Shown piece after piece: positions 16,948-25,254 of a stretch of DNA of 27,703 nt. The translations under genes were made by a program, and so were the position numbers. The stretch is taken from positions 1 to 27,703 of IMG/VR virus record IMGVR_UViG_3300022752_000311. One strand, 5' to 3'. The number at the start of each line of letters is the position of its first letter. The stretch's first letter is position 1. Below the pieces are notes generated by a model that saw only the letters and a program-made list of their open reading frames with translations, had not been told where the DNA came from and did no database searches. The stretch is from a virus (lineage: Duplodnaviria; Caudoviricetes).

Positions 16948-17400
16948 TTACATCACCCAAAATTCTTCAAGTTTGCGAAACCCAAACCGCTCATAACTGA
17001 GGTCGGGACTGTTGACCATTTTGCTCATGAAGATGTGACACACGCGCCCATCCTCTTTGAGCTTGATGCCGCGCTCAAGGTACTTGTTGAGCAACCGATA
17101 ACCGGCAGTGCCGCCACGGTGTTCTGGCTCAACCCAATAGGCAAACTCAGTCAGCATTGCGTGCTTGGGTGACCAAAGGCTTGGCATGATGCCCGCAATC
17201 AACACGCCAATCAGTTTGTCTTTCTCGGCAACCAGCACTAGCCCTTGCCCCGCCATCAGGCTTGTCAGCATCTGTGTGACGTATTCAGCGTCATCCGCGT
17301 CTTGCAGGAAACCGTATGGCATGTTGGCCCGATACCCGCGCAGCATATTTAGCAACGCAGGAATGTCGTGCGGTGAGGCGTCACGAATTTGCGGGCGCAT
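16948..17400 (-). CDS. GNAT-family N-acetyltransferase
   Basis: IRDA...DIP.L, YWVEPEHRGGTAG..LL (acetyl-CoA motif A), YERFGF; start ATG 17400. Confidence 0.85.
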   Translation of the reverse strand: MRPQIRDASPHDIPALLNMLRGYRANMPYGFLQDADDAEYVTQMLTSLMAGQGLVLVAEKDKLIGVLIAGIMPSLWSPKHAMLTEFAYWVEPEHRGGTAGYRLLNKYLERGIKLKEDGRVCHIFMSKMVNSPDLSYERFGFRKLEEFWVM

Positions 17401-17986
17401 CTTTGCCAAAGTAGTAGTTGATTGTTTCAATGAACCCAACGCGATTCATGCTTGTGTCGCCTGGGGCAAAGAACTGCCACGAATTGTTGTTGGTGTAGCG
17501 GCCAGCAACCCGGTTCTGCAAAATCAGTTGGATGGATGATGCTGACACTGTGATGGTTGCCAAATATGCTTTGGCTTCCTCCATCCAGTTTTCCGTGATG
17601 GAAAAGCTGGTGATGAACCCGTTGAAGAACTGGTACAGACCACCCGTGCCGCCGGTCGTGATGAGTGCGCCATTGGTGTCAAAGAACCCGTGCCACATCT
17701 CAATCTTGGCTCCTTTGATTGTTTGCCCCAAAACAAAGCCAAGCGTGGCCGTATCAATGCCGGACAGTGACACGGTGGTTTCGTTGGCCGTTGACTTAAT
17801 GTCGCGCTGAACGTCCCCAACCCTCATCAGAACGCTTGCGGCCGTGAATGGAGCCGTGGACACCGCTGGAACCGTGATTGTGTACGGACACGATGACAAC
17901 AGATACGTTTCAGAACCTGATGTGATGCGAACAAAATCCGCAACGCGGATGTTGTTGGTGTTTTGGACTGGCGCAATGTTGTTCAT
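17381..17986 (-). CDS. Minor tail / hub protein (lambda L-like position)
   Basis: TVSLSGID, F.GFITSFSI.E, RYTN..SWQ.F.PGDT.M..V; position between Dit and J. Confidence 0.7.
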   Translation of the reverse strand: MNNIAPVQNTNNIRVADFVRITSGSETYLLSSCPYTITVPAVSTAPFTAASVLMRVGDVQRDIKSTANETTVSLSGIDTATLGFVLGQTIKGAKIEMWHGFFDTNGALITTGGTGGLYQFFNGFITSFSITENWMEEAKAYLATITVSASSIQLILQNRVAGRYTNNNSWQFFAPGDTSMNRVGFIETINYYFGKDAPANS

Positions 17987-18660
17987 AGAACGCTCTCAAA
18001 AGCCTTGAACGTCCCATTCCACTGGATGAACGAATCATTGGTCATTGGCGCAAGCGTGTAGTCAGGGTATACACGCAAGATGACAGGAAACGTGATGCCT
18101 GTGTAGGTAGTTGAGAACGCGGTTGTTGTGCCAAACTGACCAGCAACCAATGGAGTAGTCGTGGTTGTTCCGGTGATAAGGTTTCGGTGAACAGGAACAG
18201 TCACTGTTGAAAGAACCCCGCGCAACACGTCTGCCGTCACAATGTAGGCGTACCGCCCAAACTGAACAAAGTCACCAGCACGAAAAAGAACCGTTGTTGA
18301 AGCAACAGACGGAAGTGAGCCAAGCACCAAGGATTTCAACGCGCTTGAGGATTGCCACAGACACGCGCCAATCTGCGCTGAGGTCATCTCGCCTTGGTAT
18401 TTGATGTAGTTCAGCCAACCAGTGCTGCCAAAATTGAGGTATTGCTCAAGTGCTTTGTCAGGAATTCGCAAGCTGTTCAGCGTCCCTCGGTTCTGCGAGT
18501 ACAGCAAGTAGTTCATGGGCTTGAGGTCAAACACAAAAGGCACAACCGTCAAAATTTCTGAGGTGAAGATTTTTTGGTTGCGGCTGATGGTCTGACCAAC
18601 AAACCTTTGGTCGTTGATGCCGACCGATTCGCAGATTGACAGAATGGTTTGAAGGCTCAT
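17983..18660 (-). CDS. Distal tail protein (Dit-like)
   Basis: Directly after the tape measure gene; FRAGDFVQF...Y.VTADV insert and C-terminal F.AFE. Confidence 0.65.
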   Translation of the reverse strand: MSLQTILSICESVGINDQRFVGQTISRNQKIFTSEILTVVPFVFDLKPMNYLLYSQNRGTLNSLRIPDKALEQYLNFGSTGWLNYIKYQGEMTSAQIGACLWQSSSALKSLVLGSLPSVASTTVLFRAGDFVQFGRYAYIVTADVLRGVLSTVTVPVHRNLITGTTTTTPLVAGQFGTTTAFSTTYTGITFPVILRVYPDYTLAPMTNDSFIQWNGTFKAFESVL

Positions 18661-18661
18661 A

Positions 18662-20659
18662 TCACTTACTCACAGGCAATGACCTTTGAGCGGACTGATT
18701 CGCAGCCCAAATAGTCTGTTTGTTCTGCATGAGGAACTGCAATCCGGATTGGGTGTCAATCGCTTGCATATTGGCTATGTAAGGACCGTTGTAATTCACT
18801 GTTTGCCCTGATCCCATTATCATATTGTTAGGCACTATCGTGCCGCTCGCATTTGGCACAAATAGCTCCGGGCCTTTCTCCCCAACAATGTATGCCTCGT
18901 TCCCTTGAACGGGACCACCTTCGGCTAAAAAGCCGCCAATATCCATGTTTCCAAATGACGATCCAGTGCCAAAACCGCCGCCGGTAAATGCTCCAGTAAT
19001 TGAACCAATTAACCGATTAAGCATTCCACCACCGGCTTTAGGCATCATCAAATCAAACAATTGGTTGAATTGTTTTGTCGCCATGCGTTTAAAAATATCT
19101 AGCAGCACAGTCTTGAACGTATCCATTGCCGACTTGCCAGAGGTAAACGCATCAACAATTGAGCCGCCTAAACTCTTAAATCCATCTCTAAGGTCATCTA
19201 GGATGTCTATGAGCGGATCATATTTTTTTTGCAAGTCCTCAGAATATTTCCGCAAAATCTTTTCATGCTCTTGCGAAGTAATTAAACCTTCTGAGAATGC
19301 CCTGTTTATCTCATCTACTTTGTCACGATAAACTTCTAGCGGCGTTCTTGCCGCATCAAGCTCTTTTCTAAATTGTTGGTATCGCTTTTCTCCAGCTTCT
19401 GCTGCTTTGCGCTCGGCCTCTTCTTGTTTTTCTAACGCATATATCGCACGTTTTGAATCGTCGTCCATTGCCTTTCGGAATGCTTTAGTAGCTTCTTCTT
19501 CTTCTTTTAATTGCCTCTCTTCTTCTTTTATCCTTTTTTTCAATGAGTTTTTTAAATCCTCTTCTTCTTTTTTCAAGTCAATAATTTGCTTCGCTTTTTT
19601 TACGCCCTCTGCGCCGCCTTGTTTAGCAGCTTCAAACAATAATGCCGCATTTTCACCTTCTTTTAGCCTTCTAATCTGCTGATCCAAGCCGTCTAAATAT
19701 TCCTGCCTGCGCTTTGCTTCGCTTTCCGCAAGCCGTTTTGCTTCGCCCTCTTCTTTCTTTTGAGTCTCAGTTTTTGCGGTATTGGCTTCGGTAATTTTAG
19801 TAATCGTCTCTAATAATTGCCTTCTTAGCTTTTGACCTTCTTCAGTCGCTTCTCTTGTTTGCAATGACAACGTAGAAACAAACGACGTTAATTCTTCAAA
19901 TGTCTTTTTACCTTCTTGAAACTCACGCAAAGTCTTAAATAATTGTTTTGCCTCATCATTTGATACGCCAAGATCTTTTGATAGTTTTTCCACTGGCGAA
20001 TCACGAAACAAATTGAATATCTCTGGCAATGCTAGCTTCCAGGTCGGTGCATATTCATTGATTAGCGATTGCGTAAATTTCTTCATCTGAAGATCAAGTT
20101 CGATCTTCGCAATAGCCTTTAGTTGATCATAAAGTTCTTTTAATGCTGGGGCAGCATCTTTGTGATAAGACTCCGCAATTCCTGTTAATGATTGTCCTGC
20201 CTTGTTATTTGCTGCAATAAAATCATTAGCCGCGGAAGTTGCGTCTTTTGTTGCATCCTCAAGACTTTTGATATTGCCGTTAAGTATATTAAATGCAGCA
20301 ATCGCAACAGGAATACCGACCGCGGCAATAGTGCCCAGCACCACACCCATAGTGCCAAAACCAGACAACAATTGTGGAAGTTGCTGTGCAAGCGCTTGTG
20401 TTGCGGACGTTCCCGCTGAAACCTGAACCGAGAAATCCTGTACCTGATAACCTACATTTCTTAGGTTATATTGAAAGTTCTTTTGTGCAGCGGCAGCGTC
20501 ATTGATTGCAGACGAATAACCTTTTGTTTGAGTGCTATTGGATGCTAGGCTTTGCCCAAGCTCTTGAGCTTTTTTCTTGGCCTCGTCGGCACCCTTTTTG
20601 AACTCTGCGCTGTCAAGTCCTAAGCCAACTTGCAGGCCCGCGATCATCTTACCGGCCAC
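18662..20659 (-). CDS. Tape measure protein, 665 aa
   Basis: L.V.LGLDSAEFKKG, VGYQVQDF.VQ...G......AQQLPQLL, long helical body, GFLAEGGPV...YIVGEKGPELFVP..SGTIVPN C-terminus. Confidence 0.93.
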   Translation of the reverse strand: MAGKMIAGLQVGLGLDSAEFKKGADEAKKKAQELGQSLASNSTQTKGYSSAINDAAAAQKNFQYNLRNVGYQVQDFSVQVSAGTSATQALAQQLPQLLSGFGTMGVVLGTIAAVGIPVAIAAFNILNGNIKSLEDATKDATSAANDFIAANNKAGQSLTGIAESYHKDAAPALKELYDQLKAIAKIELDLQMKKFTQSLINEYAPTWKLALPEIFNLFRDSPVEKLSKDLGVSNDEAKQLFKTLREFQEGKKTFEELTSFVSTLSLQTREATEEGQKLRRQLLETITKITEANTAKTETQKKEEGEAKRLAESEAKRRQEYLDGLDQQIRRLKEGENAALLFEAAKQGGAEGVKKAKQIIDLKKEEEDLKNSLKKRIKEEERQLKEEEEATKAFRKAMDDDSKRAIYALEKQEEAERKAAEAGEKRYQQFRKELDAARTPLEVYRDKVDEINRAFSEGLITSQEHEKILRKYSEDLQKKYDPLIDILDDLRDGFKSLGGSIVDAFTSGKSAMDTFKTVLLDIFKRMATKQFNQLFDLMMPKAGGGMLNRLIGSITGAFTGGGFGTGSSFGNMDIGGFLAEGGPVQGNEAYIVGEKGPELFVPNASGTIVPNNMIMGSGQTVNYNGPYIANMQAIDTQSGLQFLMQNKQTIWAANQSAQRSLPVSK

Positions 20660-21016
20660 GATTTCCCCCTAGAATGTCCAAAAATTCCTTTCGGAATCCT
20701 GGCAATGATGTCCATGCCAAGAAATCTCGCTCTTGTCTTGTCATGTTCTCAGGAGGTACAAAATATTCCTCCAAATGCGGGAAAAAATCTTGCGGTTTGA
20801 ATGTCTTTCCATGTTTGGAAAATGATGATGCCAAATTCCAAACAATTGTCATCAAGTGCGATATCAGCATCAGGTTTTGCCTGCCGCCTATCATACCATC
20901 GCGCCACATCAATTCTAACTCTCGAACGGTCGATACATCAAGCCTATCAAACGCTTCAGGACTCAATCCGTTAAATATGGAAGCAGCTCTGACTTGCCTA
21001 TATATCGACCCAATCA
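20649..21016 (-). CDS. Tail assembly chaperone, frameshift extension (gpT-like)
   Basis: The -1 frame is open from the slippery site: (K)LIGSIYRQVRAASIFNGLSPEAFDR... to the stop at 20649. Confidence 0.8.
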
Positions 21017-21475
21017 GTTTTTTCTTGTGGCCTCATAATTTGGATCTACAGCTTGCTGAATTAAATCAACAAGGTTTTTAATATCTACTTCCGAAAGAGT
21101 TTCCGATATATCTTCGTAAGAAAGCGCAAACAAATCTTCGCCCTCTTTAAATCCCACTAACGAAATCATCGCAATTTCACGCATCTTGGCAATTGCTTTG
21201 TATCGCGCAGCAGTTTTCATGCTGGAGCCCTGAACCAACACATCATCACCTTTAATTTCTACGCCCTCATCGGTGGGCTTTAGAAAGTCCCAAAGCGATT
21301 TAATAATTTCTTGGTACTCTGCATCTATCAGCTCGTCTGAGGGTCGCCTAAGCCTGTCTGTGAGGCTTTGCATTTCATTCCTAGTAGGTACATACACTTC
21401 TAGGTCATGGCCGTTAAAAGTTATCGTTTTGTATTTTGTGCGCTTGAAACCACCAAGCCTTTCGTGTAGCTTCAT
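21014..21475 (-). CDS. Tail assembly chaperone (gpG-like)
   Basis: Position and slippery sequence at its 3' end (TRKN-stop). Confidence 0.8.
   Translation of the reverse strand: MKLHERLGGFKRTKYKTITFNGHDLEVYVPTRNEMQSLTDRLRRPSDELIDAEYQEIIKSLWDFLKPTDEGVEIKGDDVLVQGSSMKTAARYKAIAKMREIAMISLVGFKEGEDLFALSYEDISETLSEVDIKNLVDLIQQAVDPNYEATRKN
21017..21023 (-). promoter_or_regulatory. Programmed -1 ribosomal frameshift site A AAA AAC
   Basis: X XXY YYZ heptamer immediately before the TGA of the chaperone gene, in the canonical location upstream of the tape measure gene. Confidence 0.85.
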
Positions 21476-21948
21476 CTTCTTGCCCTTTGTTTAGCTGCCC
21501 AATTATCAACTTGATTTTTTAGATCTTTAGACAAAATTTCCAACATATTAGGAATCATTGTCTTGAATGATCTTCGTATAAATGGTCTAGCAGGCTGTTC
21601 TGCCGTTCCATATTCCAGTGCTTCTGTTGCAGGCCTATACTGACCTTTATCATCGTAATATTTAACACCAACATCAACATATCCAAATGCAACCGTATTG
21701 GCGCTTAAATATTTTCTTTTTTTGTCTTTAGCCGTTGCTACCTTAGATCCAACTCTTACCGTTGTTTTCAACTTTCCCGTATCAATTGGCGCAGCGGCTT
21801 TGATTGAATCTCTGGCTGGCATAACTGCTTTTCTTAATGCCGGAACTAAAGATCTCTTGGCCATAGTCGAGCCAAATTCAGCCTGCAAAGCAAGCAATGC
21901 CTGCTCTACATCTTTCATGCCTTTGACTTCAAACTGCATTTGCAACAA
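21472..21948 (-). CDS. HK97 gp10-like tail component
   Basis: V.GMK.V...L..L, APIDTGKLK, LEYGT.EQPARPFIR motifs. Confidence 0.88.
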   Translation of the reverse strand: MLQMQFEVKGMKDVEQALLALQAEFGSTMAKRSLVPALRKAVMPARDSIKAAAPIDTGKLKTTVRVGSKVATAKDKKRKYLSANTVAFGYVDVGVKYYDDKGQYRPATEALEYGTAEQPARPFIRRSFKTMIPNMLEILSKDLKNQVDNWAAKQRARR

Positions 21949-22150
21949 TGCGCCGGAAAATCAAATCATTTAGCCTTGTGACGTAATCCACAATTTCTTC
22001 TGGTGTCATATCCGGCGCATGAGCTTCAGCTATTCGATGGCACAGTGCAATATTTACAATGCGCTGCTGAGGATAGCCAAACCAGTTTTTGGCTCCAGTC
22101 TCAGCTTGTGCCACCAAATACCCTAGCAAATCCTCACTCGCTCGCTGCAT
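21929..22150 (-). CDS. Hypothetical protein, 73 aa
   Basis: Fills the operon and overlaps its neighbours; protein-like sequence. Confidence 0.65.
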   Translation of the reverse strand: MQRASEDLLGYLVAQAETGAKNWFGYPQQRIVNIALCHRIAEAHAPDMTPEEIVDYVTRLNDLIFRRIVANAV

Positions 22151-22298
22151 AAAGCCTCATAACACTTAGACAAATCGCATCAGCGCCTTCGGCCTCCGAT
22201 AAGGCGGCATCCACCTCTTGAAGGGTAAAGGCATGGCCTTTAGCGTATTGATGTAGGTCGCCATAAAAGCCCACCATCCCTTCAAGAAACTCAGACAT
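22134..22298 (-). CDS. Hypothetical protein, 54 aa (MSEFLEGMVGFY...)
   Basis: ATG 22298 overlaps the end of the tail tube gene. Confidence 0.55.
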   Translation of the reverse strand: MSEFLEGMVGFYGDLHQYAKGHAFTLQEVDAALSEAEGADAICLSVMRLYAASE

Positions 22299-22785
22299 TG
22301 TTTGACCAACCATATTGATTGCCCCTTGGATTAATCGTAAATGTGACCTTGGCTTCAGCGCCAGGAGCAGGATCAATCGTCCACTGGCTTACACGCCCGT
22401 TAAACGCGTAATAAACAATGTTTGTGCCATCCGTTGCTGCAATAACAAATGTCCGATCAATCGTCCCATTGTACGCATCGCCACGAAGAAGCAACAGAAC
22501 TGTATCTGACGGGTTCCATGCCGCGACAACTGTCATTGAAGTTGGTGCAGATTGCACTGGAATCTTGTCAGATTGGCGCGAACCGGCAACTGAAAAGTTT
22601 GCAACCGCATCATCTTGGCCAAATGACGGAATTGCCTCCACCGGCACTAAATTGGCAGCCACTGCAATTGCAGAAACGCTTGCAACAACCGAAAGATTTG
22701 CAGTTGTCAATGGGGTCGGCGTCGCAGTTGGTTGGCAATACAGCGAGGCTGAAAAGCCGGGTAATACTTTAGTTGGAAGAGCCAT
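22291..22785 (-). CDS. Major tail (tube) protein
   Basis: Size and position after the terminator gene; Y.FNGRVS.W.I.....A.AKVTFTI.P.G C-terminal pattern; GAGGTG SD. Confidence 0.85.
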   Translation of the reverse strand: MALPTKVLPGFSASLYCQPTATPTPLTTANLSVVASVSAIAVAANLVPVEAIPSFGQDDAVANFSVAGSRQSDKIPVQSAPTSMTVVAAWNPSDTVLLLLRGDAYNGTIDRTFVIAATDGTNIVYYAFNGRVSQWTIDPAPGAEAKVTFTINPRGNQYGWSNNV

Positions 22786-22793
22786 TTTTCACC

Positions 22794-23198
22794 TCACGAA
22801 GGAATGTCTAAAGTGCAATCAAGAACAATTTGATGTAACTTACTGTCATTATCGTATGTATGGAAAAGCCAATCAACATCGACTTTTGCAACAAAAAATA
22901 AACTTCCAAATGTCCCTTGGTAGCCATGCAAAGCATCTATAATCTGTTGCGCTTTGGCATAACAATTCGCCATTACTTGTGCAAATACCGTAGCTTGAAA
23001 TACTGGAGTATCAATTCCTTTTACAGACTGCGGTCCGGTATATACGGGCTGATGCACGTCCCTAAGTTGCCATGTCACAAACGTTGGTTCTGTCGCAAAA
23101 TTTCTGTTAAATACCGCATAAACTGGGGTCGGAGTTACTACACTAACCAATTGCGCTTGTATTGCCTGAGCATAAACAACCGCTGAATTCTGGCCCAT
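22794..23198 (-). CDS. Tail terminator (DUF3168-like)
   Basis: P.FVTWQ, FQ.TVFA, A..I.DAL.GY.G patterns; position. Confidence 0.75.
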   Translation of the reverse strand: MGQNSAVVYAQAIQAQLVSVVTPTPVYAVFNRNFATEPTFVTWQLRDVHQPVYTGPQSVKGIDTPVFQATVFAQVMANCYAKAQQIIDALHGYQGTFGSLFFVAKVDVDWLFHTYDNDSKLHQIVLDCTLDIPS

Positions 23199-23199
23199 G

Positions 23200-23541
23200 C
23201 TATACCGCCGCGCTCGGTTCGTTGCGATAACATCTTAATGTTACCCATTGCCGATCATCGTGCTCAAAAATCTCGGCTATTCTCCATGACTTTTGACGAA
23301 ACGTCACGCTGTATGCTTCTTGAGCGTCCGAAATTGTCCGAATATTTGGCGTGTAATTACAAACAAACTCTATCATATTGTCGTATTGCCTAAATCGTTC
23401 CAATGTCCTAATGTTATTGTGAACTGATTTGGTTTTTGCTCGCGTTTTAAACCAAAGCGTCTCTACCGTCGTTTGCTCACCTAAATTTGTGACTGTAAAC
23501 GACAGGTTATTGATGCTTATCTCATCGACGCGTAAAACCAT
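23200..23541 (-). CDS. Head closure / head-tail joining protein
   Basis: N.GEQ......W..TRA.. and W.I..I......RQW.TL.C pattern of SPP1 gp16-like stoppers; position. Confidence 0.75.
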   Translation of the reverse strand: MVLRVDEISINNLSFTVTNLGEQTTVETLWFKTRAKTKSVHNNIRTLERFRQYDNMIEFVCNYTPNIRTISDAQEAYSVTFRQKSWRIAEIFEHDDRQWVTLRCYRNEPSAAV

Positions 23542-24185
23542 TACATCACCAAAGGCTTGTAAGGTCTAAGCAACTGGTCAATCGCCCACGGAATCTGCTT
23601 TAGATTTTCTGCCGACGTTGCAGAGCGGTTGTTGTACAGGTGAGTGAGCAGCATGAGACCGGCTTGCTTGACTACAGGATACTGACCAATGACCGAGCCT
23701 TGTAACGTGTACTGACAAAGCATAGGAGCGGTCATGTAAGTGTTGATGTTATTGGGAACCTCAAACAAAACCACCTTATTACCCGTCGGGTCATAATAAT
23801 AATTTGTGCTTGTAATTGTCGTAAGCACAGGTGGATTTACATCTGTGTAGTATTTCACCCAATTGATTGTGACACCATTCTGTGAGACTTCAGGAAGATC
23901 AAGACTTACAGGAGCTGCCATAAGCCCCGAAATCATGTAAGAGGCTTGATAGGTCACATTGAACACCGGAACGCCCAGATAGTCTTCTATCGCCATCCTA
24001 GCGGCAAGTTCTAATTGAGCCAGATAATCGTCTTGGCTTTCATCCTGAAATAAATTCAACTGATTGGTGATTTCGTCGTAAGTAAGCCATTGAGTAACCG
24101 GATCTCGATTACTCTGGATCACTTTCGAGTAGTTAAACGGGTTTCTTGAACCCGCTCCGAAGTTACCTTGCAGTTGAGATGGCAT
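23541..24185 (-). CDS. Head-tail connector (HK97 gp6-like)
   Basis: LT.DEI...L.L....DDYL..L..AAR..IEDY and VKQA.LMLL.HLYNNR...IP..I..LL.PYK motifs. Confidence 0.9.
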   Translation of the reverse strand: MPSQLQGNFGAGSRNPFNYSKVIQSNRDPVTQWLTYDEITNQLNLFQDESQDDYLAQLELAARMAIEDYLGVPVFNVTYQASYMISGLMAAPVSLDLPEVSQNGVTINWVKYYTDVNPPVLTTITSTNYYYDPTGNKVVLFEVPNNINTYMTAPMLCQYTLQGSVIGQYPVVKQAGLMLLTHLYNNRSATSAENLKQIPWAIDQLLRPYKPLVM

Positions 24186-24187
24186 CT

Positions 24188-25216
24188 TTAGGTTCCAATG
24201 ATCCGAACACCGGCAGTTACATCACGAACGGTCGAAACCATCCGCTTCTCAGCATATATGGTAATCGTTCCCGGCTGAGTCTGCTCCATTCTCTGAAGCA
24301 ACATCTCGGAATGGTCGACGATCCACATAAACCTCGGCCAGTTGGCAAGATAAACCGGGGAAGCGCCAACAGCAGGAGCATCTAAATACGGGTTAGCAAT
24401 GACAGGCCAGCCGAGGATGTTAATCGCAGGGCCTTCGTCGAACTCACCAGTCTCTAGCAATACATTATTATTGCCTGTCGTAAGAGCTTTCCTTAGAACC
24501 TGAATGACCGTCGGGTGCATCATCCATGCAGTACCTTCCATCCTCCAAAACTGGCCGGGAAGTGCGTTTGCTGCATCAACTAAATTAGCCCACGTTACAC
24601 CAGAAGCGTTCGTGTAGCCGATTGTGTTCAAAGTATGAATGCCTGCCGTTATGGCCGTTCCGGACGTTCCATAAGCGGCAGATGATCCTGCGGTTCCAAG
24701 ATACATCTTCAAGCCTCTAAGACCGTTTGTCGCGCCTGTAGAAGTCGTTGTTGAGCCTGCCTGATCGTTGTTGATTGCCATAGATGCCGCTTCAATCTGG
24801 CTAAATTCCATTGCAAGATCTTCGACAAGAGCCGCATCTAATCCGTTGATGTCATCCATTGCCGCTGCGCGAATTGGCATCTGAGCGGAAATAACACGCA
24901 TCGGAAGCTGCCAGATACTAGTGGCGATGTTGGGCGAGCCTGAATTGGCGTTGACCGCATAACCCCACGGGTTAGTGGAGTTAGCAGCGTTACCCGTTTT
25001 GACAACAAACTGAATATCTGAGTCTGCCGTCATTGTCTGATTGGCAAACACTCGAAATGGGTTCCAATAACGAAGGGATGCAAATACATCCTCGTTATAT
25101 ACGCGACCGCCAACCCCGCTGCCTGAGCCGGTTAGGGCTGAGGCTTCCGCGAGATTGACAGTACTGTTGCCCTCGTGGAGAGCCTTTTTCAAGCCTTCCA
25201 AAATTACATGTTTCAT
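24188..25216 (-). CDS. Second HK97-fold capsid protein (paralogue with a short leader), 342 aa
   Basis: Collinear similarity to the upstream capsid gene; AWMMHP, ILGWPV..N.Y.D; GGAG SD before ATG 25216. Confidence 0.9.
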   Translation of the reverse strand: MKHVILEGLKKALHEGNSTVNLAEASALTGSGSGVGGRVYNEDVFASLRYWNPFRVFANQTMTADSDIQFVVKTGNAANSTNPWGYAVNANSGSPNIATSIWQLPMRVISAQMPIRAAAMDDINGLDAALVEDLAMEFSQIEAASMAINNDQAGSTTTSTGATNGLRGLKMYLGTAGSSAAYGTSGTAITAGIHTLNTIGYTNASGVTWANLVDAANALPGQFWRMEGTAWMMHPTVIQVLRKALTTGNNNVLLETGEFDEGPAINILGWPVIANPYLDAPAVGASPVYLANWPRFMWIVDHSEMLLQRMEQTQPGTITIYAEKRMVSTVRDVTAGVRIIGT

Positions 25217-25225
25217 AGTCTCTCC

Positions 25226-25250
25226 AAAAGGGAGAGGGCTTGCGCCCTCT
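25226..25250 (-). terminator. Hairpin between the two capsid genes (weak terminator or attenuator)
   Basis: AGAGGGC-GCAA-GCCCTCT (7-bp stem, GNRA loop) followed by CCCTTTT. Confidence 0.6.
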
Positions 25251-25254
25251 TTTA

